Below are positions 1 to 13,666 of a stretch of DNA of 60,000 nucleotides, piece after piece (within the stretch, counting starts at the first letter, position 1; every line of letters starts with the position of its first letter). Under the pieces are notes generated by a model. The model had not been told where the DNA came from. It saw nothing but the letters and a program-made list of their open reading frames with translations, and searched no databases. The position numbers and the translations under genes are program-made. This DNA is from Malacoraja senta. Lineage: Eukaryota. The stretch spans positions 6,636,001-6,696,000 of the forward strand of contig CM075991.1 of the NCBI GenBank assembly GCA_038087875.1, read 5' to 3'.

Positions 1-2659
1 CTCAGCTGATTAAATTTATTTATAGACCATGTTATAGCGCATGACACAATGACACTTCTATGCACCTCTGCACAAAGATGCTTTGCAAGAAAAAGATTTG
101 AAAGAAGGGTTTTCTTCCTACGTGAAGGTGTTGCCTCTTTTGACAGTAACAGATGCCCTTGGCTTCTTCATGCATTAAAATTAGACTCCAGGTAGGAGTA
201 CTCAATGCATGCCGTGTATCAAGACTATTCAACCGTACTGTGTGGAACAGTTGAGTCCAATCTGATGTCCACCTGAGAAGGTCACTGCCTGATTTTCACT
301 CCTTAACACATGAGAGAAATGAATAACTACAATGGTACCATATGACATTTCTTTTCCCCTATATTTCAATGATAATGCGTGTTCTACTTCGCCCATGCGA
401 TTGATCCCTGACTTCAGGGGAACAGCACTTCTAAGGAGATGCAGCAATTATTCAGAAATGCTTCACCAATTATGTTAATTCAGCTTGCTCAATAACTACT
501 TCAAAACAGTAATTCTAATTATCACATGACCATGAATTTCACTCACAAGGAAGAGAACTAGGCAAAGATTATTAATCCTACCATTCCATAAATGAGCATT
601 TGGCCTCTAGTACTTACAGACACATCATTCTATAGTTTGTAAATATTTCCTGAAACAATCTCTTCAGAATTTTCATTTGAAGGACATGAATATTGCTGGC
701 ATTTATTATCCATTTATATTTGTTACCGAACTTAGAACTAAATTAAGAGATGCATGTGTTATAGTTTTCAAGGCAATCTGAAAATTTAATAGCTAATGAC
801 ATTGAGGCTAGTTTTCATTTAATTCCAGTTTAATTTTACTTCTTGAATTTAAATTAGCCAGTGCCATGATGGGATTTGAATCACACCAAGTGCTTGCTAG
901 GGCAATATCATTAAAAGCTTCATTTGATTCTCAGTTGTACTTGACCATTATTTACTTTAAACTAAATAGAACAAAACTTTCCACTTGTTGCTTTGTTACT
1001 AACTGATACTTTGTATCCAAGGTGCCGTTATAAAATAACAGGCAGAAAAAGTTAGTGTAATTTGACGAACGTGGAGATCAGTAATCAGCAGAAATGAGAA
1101 AGATCATGCTCTCAAACAATTAACACCATCTTTATATAGATAGAATTGATCTTCTCAGTGCATTTTGTCACTACTGATAGGCGTTAAATATCACAAGAGA
1201 TTTTTATCTAACAAGGGAGAGGCTGGAGGGAGAAAAACTAGTTCTTCTGATGGCACAGGTTTAAATTAATTATGCACAGATTTTGTGGGACCAGGATATT
1301 TTTACTCACACCACACCCCTCAAACAGCAATTAACATATTGACAGTATGATGGAAGCAAATTCCATACAATCTTTCAAAAGGAAAATGCACTTGCAAATT
1401 AGAAAAAAAGCATCATTGTGGCTAGAAAGTAGAACAACTTTTTCTAAAAGTTGGCGTCAGCTTGCATTTCAGTTTCAACAACCACGTATTAGCATATCAA
1501 AAAGGGAATTTGTTCTAACGATTGTTGACCTTCAATCAAGAAACTGCAGAAACAATCAAAATGTTTACTTATCTCGAATGGTACAAGTACAAAAATGTTG
1601 TGCTTAGTTAAATATTTCTGAAAGTGTGTCATTCCTCCAGAAGTTGCTGATGCCTTTCCTGGCAAGTCCACAGACAAAAACTCTTTTATGCTCGTTTTTG
1701 CTACCCAAGACATCTTGAATCTCAGATGGGTGTCAATTATAGCATCAACTAGTTACCCAGCTACCCACAAGCATGATTTGTATTTAATTTCACACCCCTT
1801 TTATTCCTCAACAAAAGGGGAAATTTGCCAAATGAAACCACAGATGGAATCTAGGTCTTCTCAGGTCCATAGGCTGAACATGCTAGGCACTTCAGATTGT
1901 ATTAACTAGTAATATAAATTTAGAAAATAATGTACTCTGCGCTATTTCATCAAAAACTCAAACGACCAATGGGACAAAACTGATCTGTGTTGATTTAATT
2001 CAATTTTATTACAGCACGAATATCCACCAGGCATTTTATAAAGTGCAGAATCAAAGGTTATAAGGGTAAATAAGAGTTCTAAGTAGATAGTATATAGAGT
2101 CATTGAGCTACAGATCATGGAAACAGGCCCGACACCCAACTCTTCGGTGTCAACCAAGTTGCCCATCTGAGCAAGCTCCAATTGCCTCCGCTTGGTCCAT
2201 ATCCCTCCAAACCTTTCCTAACCGTGTTCCTGTCCAAGTGTCTTGTATCCATTTCTTCCACGTTCTCTGGCAGCTCATTCTATGTATCTGCCCCTCAGGT
2301 TGCTTTTAAATCATTCCGTTCTCACTTTAAACCTACATCCTGTAGCTTTAGATTTCTTCTCCTGGGGAAAGGACTGTGGCTGTTTACTCTATCTATGCCC
2401 TTTGTGGCTTTATAAACCTCTACAGTCACCCCAACCTTCTACACTCCAGGGGACAAAGACCAAGCCAGTCCTGCCTCTCCTTATATATCAAGCCATCCAC
2501 ACCGAATAACATTGTCACAAATCTTTTTTGCACACTTTTCAGTTTGAATACATCCTTTGGCATGGTTAGAAAGTTAGGCTGGTTAACAGGAAAGTGAGAA
2601 TTGACATATATGGATCCTGGCTCTGACCACACACCCAACCCACTATCGCAACCCTGGGT

Positions 2660-3005
2660 CCTCGGCCTTGATAGAGTTGATGATTCCAGTAGTGGGAGAG
2701 TGTGGGACCAAAGGGCAAAGCCTCAGAATTAAAGGATGTATCTTTAGAATGGAGATGAGCAGAAATGTATTAAGCCAGAGGGCGGTGAGTCTTTGGAATT
2801 CATTGCCGCAGACAGCGGTGGAGGCCAAGTCATTGGGTATTTTTAAAGTGGAGTTTGATAGGTTCTTGATTAGTAAAGGCATCAAAGTTTACGGTGAGAA
2901 GACAGGTGAATAGAGTTGATAGAGAAAAATATATCAGCCATGATCGAATGGTGGAGAAGACACAATGGGCCGATTGGCCTAATTCTGCCTCTGTCTTATG
3001 TTGTT
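2660..3005 (+). mobile_element. CR1-clade LINE 3' fragment (degenerate)
   Basis: ORF 2668-2913 (GHSL-like...RAVSLWNSLPQTAVEA...GIKVYGEK) matches the ORF2 C-terminus of the CR1 copies at 7.0-9.4 kb and is followed by the same 3' tail. Confidence 0.85.
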
Positions 3006-3229
3006 ATATTCCAGATGCAGGCTCTGTTCATACGGCCAATCCTTATTTAGGACTAATGAGTGAGCCAGGTGGTAAACAATTAGGACCAGTTTTACTGTAT
3101 ATTGCATTCTGTACTCTTGATGTGGTCTCCTCTGAACTGGAGAAACCAAATCCAGACTGGGTAATCGCTTCGTAGAATACCTCCTTCAGTCTGCAACAGA
3201 AACCATGAGTTTCCAATTACCTATAATTT

Positions 3230-5603
3230 TCCATCCACTCCCCCACTGATCTGCCCGTTGCCTCTTACATTCCCTCAACAGAAACTTCAAGAACAGCTTG
3301 CCATCTTGTCGGCATCTTGTCATCACCTTCCGTAATCTAAAATCCATCGACCTCCACCATCTCTCTGACCTGCTCTCCCCCTGGACTCAACCCACATCTC
3401 ACCTGATGATCTCACAAACCATCTCAATTCCACCTTGTCTACCTCCCTTAACACTCTGGCCCCCCTCAAAACAAGAACCGTAACTTTTAATAAATCTTCA
3501 CCCTGGTACACACCTGCACTTCGTAAGCTGAAACAGACGGGTCGCCGACTTGAACGACTCATAAAGAACTCATCTCTCACAGTCCACCATGAAGCTTACA
3601 AACTCCACCTCATTGCCTACAAAGATGCCCTCATTGCTGCTAAATCTGCCTACCTCTCCTCCATATTCACCGACCCCTGCCTAAACCACAGAACCCTCTT
3701 CTCCAGTGTGCAACCTCCTCAAGCCTCGAGCCAACACTCTCCCTACCCCAACTCCGGATCTCTGCAACTCATTCCTCCACTTTTTCGCTGACAAAATCAG
3801 CACCATCTAGCAATCTCTATCCCCTGTACCTGACTCCCCAGCATCTACTCCACCACCTACCAAGGCCCCTCCTTTCAACATCTCCACTGACCTCCTTACC
3901 CCTCCTCCACACTGCTTCCTCTCCCAGTTTGACCCGGTCACCCCTACTGAAATCTCCAAACTCATCAGCTCTTCCAAACCCACTACCTGCTCCCTCGACC
4001 CTCTCCCCACTGCCCTGCTGAAATCCTGCCTCCCCGCTCTCTGCCCCTACCTCACTAATCTCTTCAACTCCTCATTGTCCCAAGGAATTGTCCCCTCTGC
4101 TTTCAAAACTGCTGCTGTCACACCAATCTTAAAGAAACCTGGTCTTGATCCCTCCTCTCTCATTAACTACCACCCTATCTCAAACCTCCCCTTTCTTTCA
4201 AAAACCCTGGAGCGTATCGTCGCGTCACAACTTCATTCCCACCTCCTCGCATATAACCTATTCGAACCCCTCCAATCTTGCTTTCGCTCCCTCCATAGCA
4301 CAGAAACTGCTCTCCTCAAAGTCCTCAACGACCTCCTCACCTCTGCTGATACTGGTTCCCTCAACATCCTCATCCTCCTCGACCTGAGTGCAGCCTTCGA
4401 TACCGTGAACCATAACATCCTGCTTACCAGACTAAAAGACCTTGGCATTGAAGGTTCTGCCCTCAGCTGGCTCCGTTCCTACCTTTCCAACCGATCCCAC
4501 TTCATCTCTCTCCATAACCACACCTCTGCCACAGCCACTGTCACTCAAGGCGTTCCCCAAGGCTCCGTTCTCGGTCCCCTCCTCTTCATCATCTACATCC
4601 TCCCCCTTGGTCATATACTCCGTCACTTCAACCTGGACTTCCACTGCTATGCTGATGACACCCAGATCTATCTCAGCACCAAGTCCCCCCACCGCCCCCC
4701 TCTCTCCCATATCAACTCCTGCCTGTCGGCCATCAAATCTTGGATGCAACTCAACTTCCTTAAATTAAACAGTAACAAAACAGAATTTCTCCTCATTGGC
4801 TCCAAATCAACACTTACCAAAATTAACAACCCCACTCTCACTATTGACGGCACCATTGTCTCCCCATCTCCTCAGGCCCGCAACCTTGGCGTGATCTTTG
4901 ACTCAACCCTCTCCCTTGAGCCTCACATCCGCCATGTTGTCAAAACATCATTTTTTCACCTCCGCAACATTGCCAAAATCAGACCCTCTCTCACACCCCC
5001 CGCTGCTGAAAGACTCATCCATGCCTTCATCTCCTCCCGACTTGACTACTGTAACTCTCTTCTCTTTGGCATTAATTCCAGCAACATCAACTGGTCCAGA
5101 ATGCAGCCGCCCGACTCATCACCCACACCAAATCCTGGCACCACATCACCCCAGTTCTCAAAGAACTTCACTGGCTTCCCATCTCCCACCGGATCATCTA
5201 TAAAATCCTGGTCCTCACCTACAAAGTCCTCAACCACTTGGCCCCCCCTTATCTCACTGACCTCCTCTCCCCCTACCAACCCTCACGGTCCCTCAGATGC
5301 ACATCAGCCGGTCTCCTCTCCATTCCGAAATCCAACCTCTGCACTTTTGGAAACAGAGCCTTCTCCAGGGAAGCTCCCAGGCTCTGGAACTCCCTCCCAC
5401 AACTGATCCGAAATTCTGAGTCCCTCACCATCCTCCAGTCCCGCCTCAAGACCCATCTCTTCACCTCTGCATACCCTTAGTCCCATGTCCTTTGCATCTC
5501 TGTCTTACTGTTCTATTTTGTTTTGTTTTTGACTCTCAATGTAAAGCGACTTTGAGTCCTTGAAAAGCTCTATATAAATAAAATGTATTCTTATTATTAT
5601 TAT
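3230..5603 (+). mobile_element. L2-clade LINE, 5'-truncated, with frameshifted ORF2 (reverse transcriptase)
   Basis: ORFs 3435-3791, 4075-5406 and 5238-5480 give PWYT, VTPILKKPGLDP..NYHPISNLPFLSKTLER, LLDLSAAFDTV, GVPQGSVLGP, YADD, SRLDYCN and APRLWNSLP. The element ends in AATAAA plus (TTA)n at ~5577-5603. The 5' limit is approximate. Confidence 0.88.
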
Positions 5604-6634
5604 GTTGTGGCCTTTAGCACTCAATATTGAGCTCAACATTTTCAGATAATCTACTGGCCTGCTTTCCTGTAATATTATACATCAGTAATAGCACCTTTGT
5701 TTTCCCTCCATGGATACTTCCTGATCTGCTGGACATTTCCATGATGTTCCTTTTGTGTTAGGTTTCAGCAACAGTTGACCGACATTGCCCAGCGTTAATG
5801 TATCTGTTCTTTTCTTTCTCGCAAACTACTCTCAGTAATCTACAAATGAGAGTATAAGAATATATGAGTATAAGAATTATCCAGGCAACGTGTGTAACAC
5901 CATATTACAGATATTCCCTTTGTCCTGTCAATTTGTATCTTCACCACCCTCTCAGCAAGTTCAAGCTAACTTATTTCTCACTTTTCTGGTTGTGATAGAG
6001 AATCTCTGATTGAACATTGCCTCGGCTTCTCCTTCCACAAATGCTGCCTTGCCTAATGAGTATTTCCAATAGTTTCTGCTTTAATTTCAAAAGGATATAG
6101 ATAGGCTAACTGAGTGGGCATAAGTGGCCATCTAGTACATGGAGTATTATGTGGGAATTTCTACATTTTGTCAATAAAAATTTAAAACAAGATCATGTTC
6201 TCAGGCTTTATTCACAAAAGGCTAGTGTGCAGGTAAAGCAGCAATTATGAAAAATAACAGAACAAAATTGTTTCTTACTAGAGCAATTGAAGACAAAAGT
6301 AGGAAGGAGGCACAAGAGACTGTAAATACTGGAATCTTGAGCAAAATACAAAGTGCTGGAGGAACTCAACAGGTCAAGCAGCATTTCTGGAGAGAAATGG
6401 ACAGTAGATGTTATGCTTCATTATGCAGGGGTTCAGGACACCATATCCGGATTACTGCAAACAGTAATAGTCTCCTTACTTAAGGAAAGATGTGTCTAGG
6501 AAGTAGTTTGAAGTAATCTGACTGGACAATACCTGGAATGAGTAGTCGATCACGAGAAACACTTTAGGCAGAGTAGGTTTGGATCTGCTGGCATTTGGAA
6601 TGAAGGCCAACTTGATGGAAACAAAGATTCTAGG

Positions 6635-6780
6635 ATCCTAATCCAGGGGTCTGAAGAAGGGTCTCAACATGAAACGTCACTCATCCCTTTTCTCCAGAGA
6701 TGCTGCCTGTCCCGCTGAGTTACTTCAGCATTTTGTGTCTATCTTCGGTGTAAACGAGCATCTGCAATTCCTTCCTACAC
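6635..6780 (+). repeat. Short repeat with hammerhead-like motif (Penelope-associated), single arm
   Basis: CTGAAGAAGGGTCTCAACATGAAACGTC at 6651-6678, followed by the family body. It is flanked by the direct repeat ATTCTAGG (6627-6634 and 6781-6788). Confidence 0.7.
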
Positions 6781-6954
6781 ATTCTAGGGGCCTTGACAGG
6801 GTGAATGTGGCGAGTATGGTTCTCTTGTGGGAGAAATACTTTAAAAGTAAAAGGTAACCCACTTAAAATACAGATCAGGCAAAGTTTTCTCACAAAGGGC
6901 TGATTATTGTTACGGTAGAGCCAGGGAGACTCTCGATAAACAAGTACATGAATA

Positions 6955-7712
6955 TTATCTGAATGGTGGCCGATTAGGAAAAGGGGAGATGCAATGAGAC
7001 CTGGGTGTCATGGTACACCAATCATTGAAAGTAGGCATGCAGGTGCAGCAAGCAGTGAAGAAAGCAAATGGTATGTTAGCATTCATAGCAAAAGGATTTG
7101 AGTATAAGAGCAGGGAGGTTCTACTGCAGTTGTACAGGGTCTTGGTGAGACCACACCTGGAGTATTGCGTACAGTTTTGGTCTCCTAATCTGAGGAAAGA
7201 CATTCTTGCCATAGAGGGAGTACAGAGAAGGTTCACCAGACTGATTCCTGGGATGGCAGGACTTTCATATGAAGAAAGACTGGATAGACTTGGCTTGTAC
7301 ACGCTAGAATTTAGAAGATTGAGGGGGGATCTTATAGAAACTTACAAAATTCTTAATTGTTGGACAGGCTAGATGCAGGAAGATTATTCCCGATGTTGGG
7401 GAAGTCCAGAACTAGGGGTCACAGTTTAAGGATAAGAGGGAAGTCTTTTAGGACCGAGATGAGAAAATCATTTTTTACACAGAGAGTGGTGAATCTGTGG
7501 AATTCTCTGCCACAGAAGGTAGTTGAGGCCAGTTCATTGGCTATATTTAAGAGGGAGTTAGATGTGGCCCTTGTGGCTAAAGGGATCAGGGGGTATGGAG
7601 AGAAGGCAGGGATGGGATACTGAGTTGGATGATCAGCCATGATCATATCGAATGGCGGTGCAGGCTCGAAGGGCCGAATAGCCTACTCCTGCACCTATTT
7701 TTTATGTTTCTA
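6955..7712 (+). mobile_element. CR1-clade LINE 3' fragment (HER1-like)
   Basis: ORFs 7010-7372 and 7357-7623 (RPHLEYCVQFWSP, RLRGDLIETYKI, TRGHSL, WNSLP) with one frameshift near 7355. It is nearly identical to 8685-9445. Confidence 0.92.
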
Positions 7713-7800
7713 TTACCAGGAGTGGATAGAAATGTGGTAATAACGTTGCTCAAAAGGCCGAGAGGTTTCCTGATCATAATTCATACATAATTTTTGCATA

Positions 7801-9447
7801 GATGAGTGGATCCAGGTTAGTCGGGAAGTGGTGTTGGGTAAATTGAATGGATTAAAGGCCGATAAATCACCAGGGCCAGATAGGCTGCATCCCAGAGTAC
7901 TTAAGGAAGTAGCTCCAGAAATAGTGGATGCATTAGTGATAATTTTTCAAAATTCTTTAGATTCTGGAGTAGTTCCTGAGGATTGGAGGGTAGCAAACGT
8001 AACCCCACTTTTTAAGAAGGGAGGGAGAGAGAAAACGGGGAATTACAGACCAGTTAGTCTAACATCGGTAGTGGGGAAACTGCTAGAGTCAGTTATTAAA
8101 GATGGGATAGCAGCACATTTGGAAAGTGGTGAAATCATTGGACAAAGTCAGCATGGATTTACGAAAGGTAAATCGTGTCTGACGAATCTTATAGAATTTT
8201 TCGAGGATGTAACTAGTAGAGTGGATAGGGGAGAACCAGTGGATGTGTTGTATCTGGACTTTCAGAAGGCTTTCGACAAGGTACCACATAAGAGATTAGG
8301 ATACAAGCTTAAATCACACGGTATTGGGGGTTCAGTATTGATGTGGATAGAGAACTGGCTGGCAAACAGGAAGCAAAGAGTAGGAGTAAACGGGTCCTTT
8401 TCACAATGGCAGGCAGTGACTAGTGGGGTACCGCAAGGCTCAGTGCTGGGACCCCAGCTATTTACAATTTATATTAATGATCTGGACGAGGGAATTGAAA
8501 GCAACATCTCCAAGTTTGCGGATGACACTAAGCTGGGGGGCAGTGTTAGCTGTGAGGAGGATGCTAGGAGACTGCAAGGTGACTTGGATAGGCTGGGGGA
8601 GTGGGCAAATGTTTGGCAGATGCAGTATAATGTGGATAAATGTGAGGTTATCCACTTTGGTGGCAAAAACGGGAAGGCAGACTATTATCTAAATGGTGGC
8701 CGATTAGGAAATGGGGAGGTGCAGCGAGACCTGGGTGTCATGGTACACCAGTCATTGAAAGTAGGCATGCAGGTGCAGCAGGCAGTGAAGAAAGCGAATG
8801 GTATGTTGGCCTTCATAGCAAGAGGATTTGAGTATAGGAGCAGGGAGGTTCTACTGCAGTTGTACAGGGTCTTGGTGAGACCACACCTGGAGTATTGCGT
8901 ACAGTTTTGGTCTCCAAATCTGAGGAAGGACATTATAGCCATAGAGGGAGTGCAGAGAAGGTTCACCAGACTGATTCCTGGGATGTCAGGACTTTCATAT
9001 GAAGAAAGACTGGATAGACTTGGCTTATACTCGCTAGAATTTAGGAGATTGAGAGGGGATCTTATAGAAACGTACAAAATTCTTATGGGGTTGGACAGGC
9101 TAGATGCAGGAAGATTGTTCCCGATGTTGGGGAAGTCCAGGACAAGGGGTCACAGCTTAAGGATAAGGGGGAAATCCTTTAAGACCGAGATGAGGAAAAA
9201 CTTTTTCACACAGAGAGTGGTGAATCTCTGGAACTCTCTGCCACAGAGGGTAGTTGACGCCAGTTCATTGGCTATATTTAAGAGGGAGTTAGATGTGGCC
9301 CTTGTGGCTAAAGGGATCAGGGGGTATGGAGAGAAGGCAGGTACGGGATACTGAGTTGGATGATCAGCCATGATCATATTGAATGGCGGTGCAGGCTCGA
9401 AGGGCCGAATGGCCTACTCCTGCACCTATTTTCTATGTATCTATGTA
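7801..9447 (+). mobile_element. CR1-clade LINE, 5'-truncated, with uninterrupted RT and C-terminal ORF2
   Basis: Open frame 7801-9354 with KSPGPD, NYRPVSLTS, YLDFQKAFDKV, GVPQGSVLGP, KFADDTK and RPHLEYC. It has a 3' stem-loop tail ending in TTTCTATGTATCTATGT. Confidence 0.95.
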
Positions 9448-11258
9448 TCATAAGCTGTGAAACATTGGGTCGCCTTCTTACAACGTAGTCAGTTAATTGT
9501 TGGTCTAAAAACAGCCATGTGAGCCCGTAAGTTGAGGCTGATATTTAAGTGCAACACCAAGGAAAATAAATTCGGAGAAGCTTTATAATGAAAGCAGTAT
9601 GCTAAACCGAACTGACTTGACTAATGTTCGCCACTTAGTCACTAGGAGGGACCAGGACTATTGAGGACCAGGAATATTGGTCCCAAATTAAACTGTTGGA
9701 GACGACTGCATCATATGGTGGATTAGCACGTTATGCTTTCACATCTGGGACAGAATTGAACACATGCCACACAAATGAGACAAAGGCTTCCTCTGACTGG
9801 TAGAACTGGGCAGTATTGACTAAATATCCTTATGGATATGGGCCAACTGTACAGAACTGGCTTCAATTTATCACCGAAGCAGATGCCAAAAAGGGTTGCT
9901 CATGCCTCAAGAAACTGATGAGCAATTCTGCAGTACTCAAAAATGTTGCAGATGCTAGAAATCTGAAAAAAAGCAAAATGCTGGAAAATCTCAGATCTAG
10001 AATCGGTGGAGAGAGGAAAAAGAGTTAACATTTCATGTCAATTACCTTTCCCTTTGTACCAGGTAAAGCTGGGCATAAAACTCTTTCCTTTTCTACGACT
10101 TAGTTCCTTTCGAACTTTGCCCAATTCTTATGTAACGTCTTTAATCTATAGTCACTGTTTCCTTCTCCTCAGATGTTGTCTGTCCTGCTGAGTATCTTAA
10201 GCATTTTTGGGGGGTGGGGTGGAGAGGTGACTGCTTAGTTTGGTTTGACATTTAGTGTTATTATCTGCAAACAATGGATTCCTTGACTGTGATTATCAAA
10301 AGAATGCCTGAGGCGCAGCACTTCAATATTAATACAAAATGTAAAAATATTTAAATTCTCATAACGACATGGCGAGAACCAAAAATCAATATCTAAACTA
10401 GGAATGGATGTTATTGAAGAGGGAATTGGGGTGAAGTAAATGAAACGTTCATATGTTTAAATGAGGCTGGGTGGTGACTTCCAGTCACAACATCTGTTAC
10501 TGACGGAATTTTTATGCTCCCATTAGTATATAGAACAAACGCACATATACTCAGATATCATATCTTACTCAGATGAAGATATGTTCTGCATACAGACAAA
10601 GAGATCCATGCTATAGTCAATCACCGCTGATTTCATTATTAAACCCAATTTAGTACACAAAGTTTAAATCTGCGCATGCTCTTAATTCACTTTAACGTCA
10701 CTTGGCTGGTCCTGGCTGAGACAAAAGCGGAGCAATAAATGAAGACTTATTCTTTGCAAATTTCAGATTAATACCTAGAATTGGAAGATTCTGCAACACT
10801 AATTGCAAGCTTACAAGATTGCCACTTGATTCATGTCCAGTACCAATAATCTCTCGGAGACAACACTTCTATTGAATTGAAAAAATGGCTAAATTATCAG
10901 TCGGAGAAAACAATGATTGTTTCCACGGGTCAATAATGATTCAATGAAATAAAAACACAAAGATTTGCACATTCATGGATCTAAAGCATCGTCCGGGTGT
11001 TATTGAAGCAACAAATGCATCATAAGAGTAGTACAGCACAGGAACTGGCCCTTCAGTCCACAATATCTGCGTCAAACATGATGCCAAGATAAACTAATCT
11101 CATCTGCCTGCATGTGATCCGTTTTCCTCTATTCCCCATCTATGCAGGTGCTAATCTGAACGCCTCTTAAATGCCACTATCGTATCTGCCTCCACCACCA
11201 TCCCTGGCAGAGTTTTCCAGGCATCCACCAATCTGTGTAAAAAACCTGCCCCACATCG

Positions 11259-11548
11259 ATGCAGAGGTAGAGTTGCTGCCCAACAGAGACCCAGGTTCGA
11301 TCCTGACAACGGGTGCTGTCTGTATGGAGTTTGTACGTTCTCCCCGTGGGTTTTCTCCGGGAGCTCCAGTTTCCTCCCACACTCCAAAGACATGCAGGTG
11401 TGTAGGTTAATTAGCTCGGTAAAATTGTTAAATTGTCCCTAGTGTGTGTAGGACAATGCTAGTGTGCATGGTTCGCTGCTCGGTGCGGACTCAGTGGGAC
11501 GAAGGGCTGTTTCCAAACAGTATTTCCAAACTAAAAAACGAAACTAAA
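11259..11548 (+). mobile_element. tRNA-derived V-SINE (HE1-like)
   Basis: Partial A box, B box GGTTCGATCC, V-core GGAGTTTGTACGTTCTCCCCGTG..GGGTTTTCTCCGGG..TTTCCTCCCACA and a (CTAAA)-type tail. Confidence 0.8.
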
Positions 11549-13440
11549 GATCTTTAAACGTTACTCCTTTTTGAGATTTCAACCCGTAAAAAAAAGGTTC
11601 TGCCTGTTTGGCCTATCTAAGCCCTCATAATGTCATATAATTCTATCATATCTCCCCTCTCGGGCATCAAGAGAAAACAATCCTAGTCTGTCCAACCTCA
11701 CCTCTTAGCTAATACCCTCTAATCCAGGCATCATTTTGACGGAAAAGGGATTTAAAGAATAAGAATAAAATAGTGTGTGTTAAAACTTGTACCTTAAAAA
11801 CCAAAAGAAATGGAGATATCCCAGGTGAAAATATTTACAGGCCAGTGGTACACAACGTTTTGCAGGTGAGCCAGAATGATGACACAAATTACTTCTCAGA
11901 GATGCTTGTACGAATGTGATAGTTTTGAGCTTCCCGCGAGGTCCAAGATGCTATCATTCAGCTGTGCTCTCATGGGTACACGCAGTCTCCTTAATTATTT
12001 ATTATTATTATTATAAAATCATTGAAAACATTTCCGACAGGCACGATACCTTTGTAGTCTCCTTAAACCTATGCCCTTTTGTTTTTGACACCCCTACCAT
12101 GGGAAAAGGATTCTATCAAAATATATCTGGAGACAAGTCGGATGCAACACTTTTGGGTTTGGGGAACTGACACCATGGGTGGCTCAGTGAGCCAGATCAG
12201 ATAGAATTAAAGCCCTGTATTAATAATGACTAGCATGAAAATACTGGATTATTGTAAAAGCCAATGCAATTCAGAAATGTCATGTGGAAATCCTTACTCA
12301 GTCTGGACTAAACACAACTCCGGGAATACCTTTGTGCTTAATTCTTAAATGGGTAGTAAAAGTACATTTAGAGATGGGCAATAAATAACAAGCTTGTTAC
12401 CAATATCCACATTCCATTAACATTTATTTTTAAACAAAATCTCTGCATATTTGAATTTCCATTTTACTTCTCTGACTGGGAAGAATCTAGATACTGGGAA
12501 TATGGTTTCTTGGAATGTAAGTAGCTTTTGAGGAAAACCTTGAAATTGAAATGGCTATTATGGCATCCATGAATTATAATGTTTCAACTGAAAAATATTT
12601 AGACCTGTGTACATAAAACCTGGCAATAATCAGGACCCACAATATAATCTCCACTATGAAATCTGCACACTAACACAAACAAGAAATATAGACACAAAAT
12701 GCTGGAGTAACTCAGGCAGTAATCCTGGAGAACATGGATAGGTGATGTTTTGGGTCAGACCTGAAGTTTCCACTGAGTTCAACATTTCATTCAAACGGCA
12801 GCACTTTCAACAGTGCAATATCCTTTCTAGATTGCTTGAACAAGTCAGCTTATATATTTTTGTACTCCAGTCTGACTAAATTACTCGAAATCAAGCATAC
12901 TATCAACTCAATAATAGTTGTAGAATCGAGTCAAGAGTACTTTATAGTCATATGTCCTGAAATGGAACAATAAAATTCTTACTTTCAGAAGTACAACAGA
13001 TAATCCAAAAGAAGCAAAAAAGGGAAGGGGGGGATGGAAGAGACAGAGAGAAATAGGTGCGTCCAGATGGCGCACAGGGGAGGGGAGTGGGGAAAGAACC
13101 CTAACCTCAAAGAAGAAAAAACTGGGAAGACAGGGTATTCAGCTGTAGGAAAGGCAAAGTTGTCCATCCATTACCACGAGGAGCACCTTAGTTTCAGCCA
13201 TGCTTCTATTAGTAGTTGTACTGTCCGTTTATTAAGGAAAACCCCCTTCTTACACCACCACCCCCTTTCCCCTGTTCCCCAGCTGGACTCACACTTATTT
13301 CTCCCCTATTGCTCCACCTCCATTCCATCCTCTAGCTTCACAATTTGCAAGTCTTCAATGCTTTTATCTTTTCATCTTTGCCCTTTGTCCAACCATCTGC
13401 ATATCAAACAAACCTCTCACCTATATCCACCTATTACTTG

Positions 13441-13666
13441 TGTAAGAACGAACTGCAGATGCTGGTTTAAATCAAAGGTAGACACAAAATGCTGGAGTAA
13501 CTCAGCGGGTGAGGCAGCATCTCTGGAGAGAAGGAATAGGCAACGTTTCGGGTAGAGACCCTTCTTCAGACTGAAGAAGGGTCTCGACCCAAAACGTCGT
13601 CCATCCCTTCTCTCCAGAGATGCTGCCTCACCCGCTGAGTTACTCCAGCATTTTGTGGCTACCTTC
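13441..13666. repeat. Head-to-head palindromic copy of the hammerhead-motif repeat
   Basis: Arms of ~95 bp are inverted around CTTCAG-A-CTGAAG (~13570). It is flanked by the direct repeat CCAyCTATTACTTG (ending at 13440 and 13679). Confidence 0.8.

Noticed and set aside
12855..12890. GTACTCCAGTCT resembling GFPT1 exon 2 (RLEY)
   Set aside because: The flanking codons do not match and no exon structure is present.
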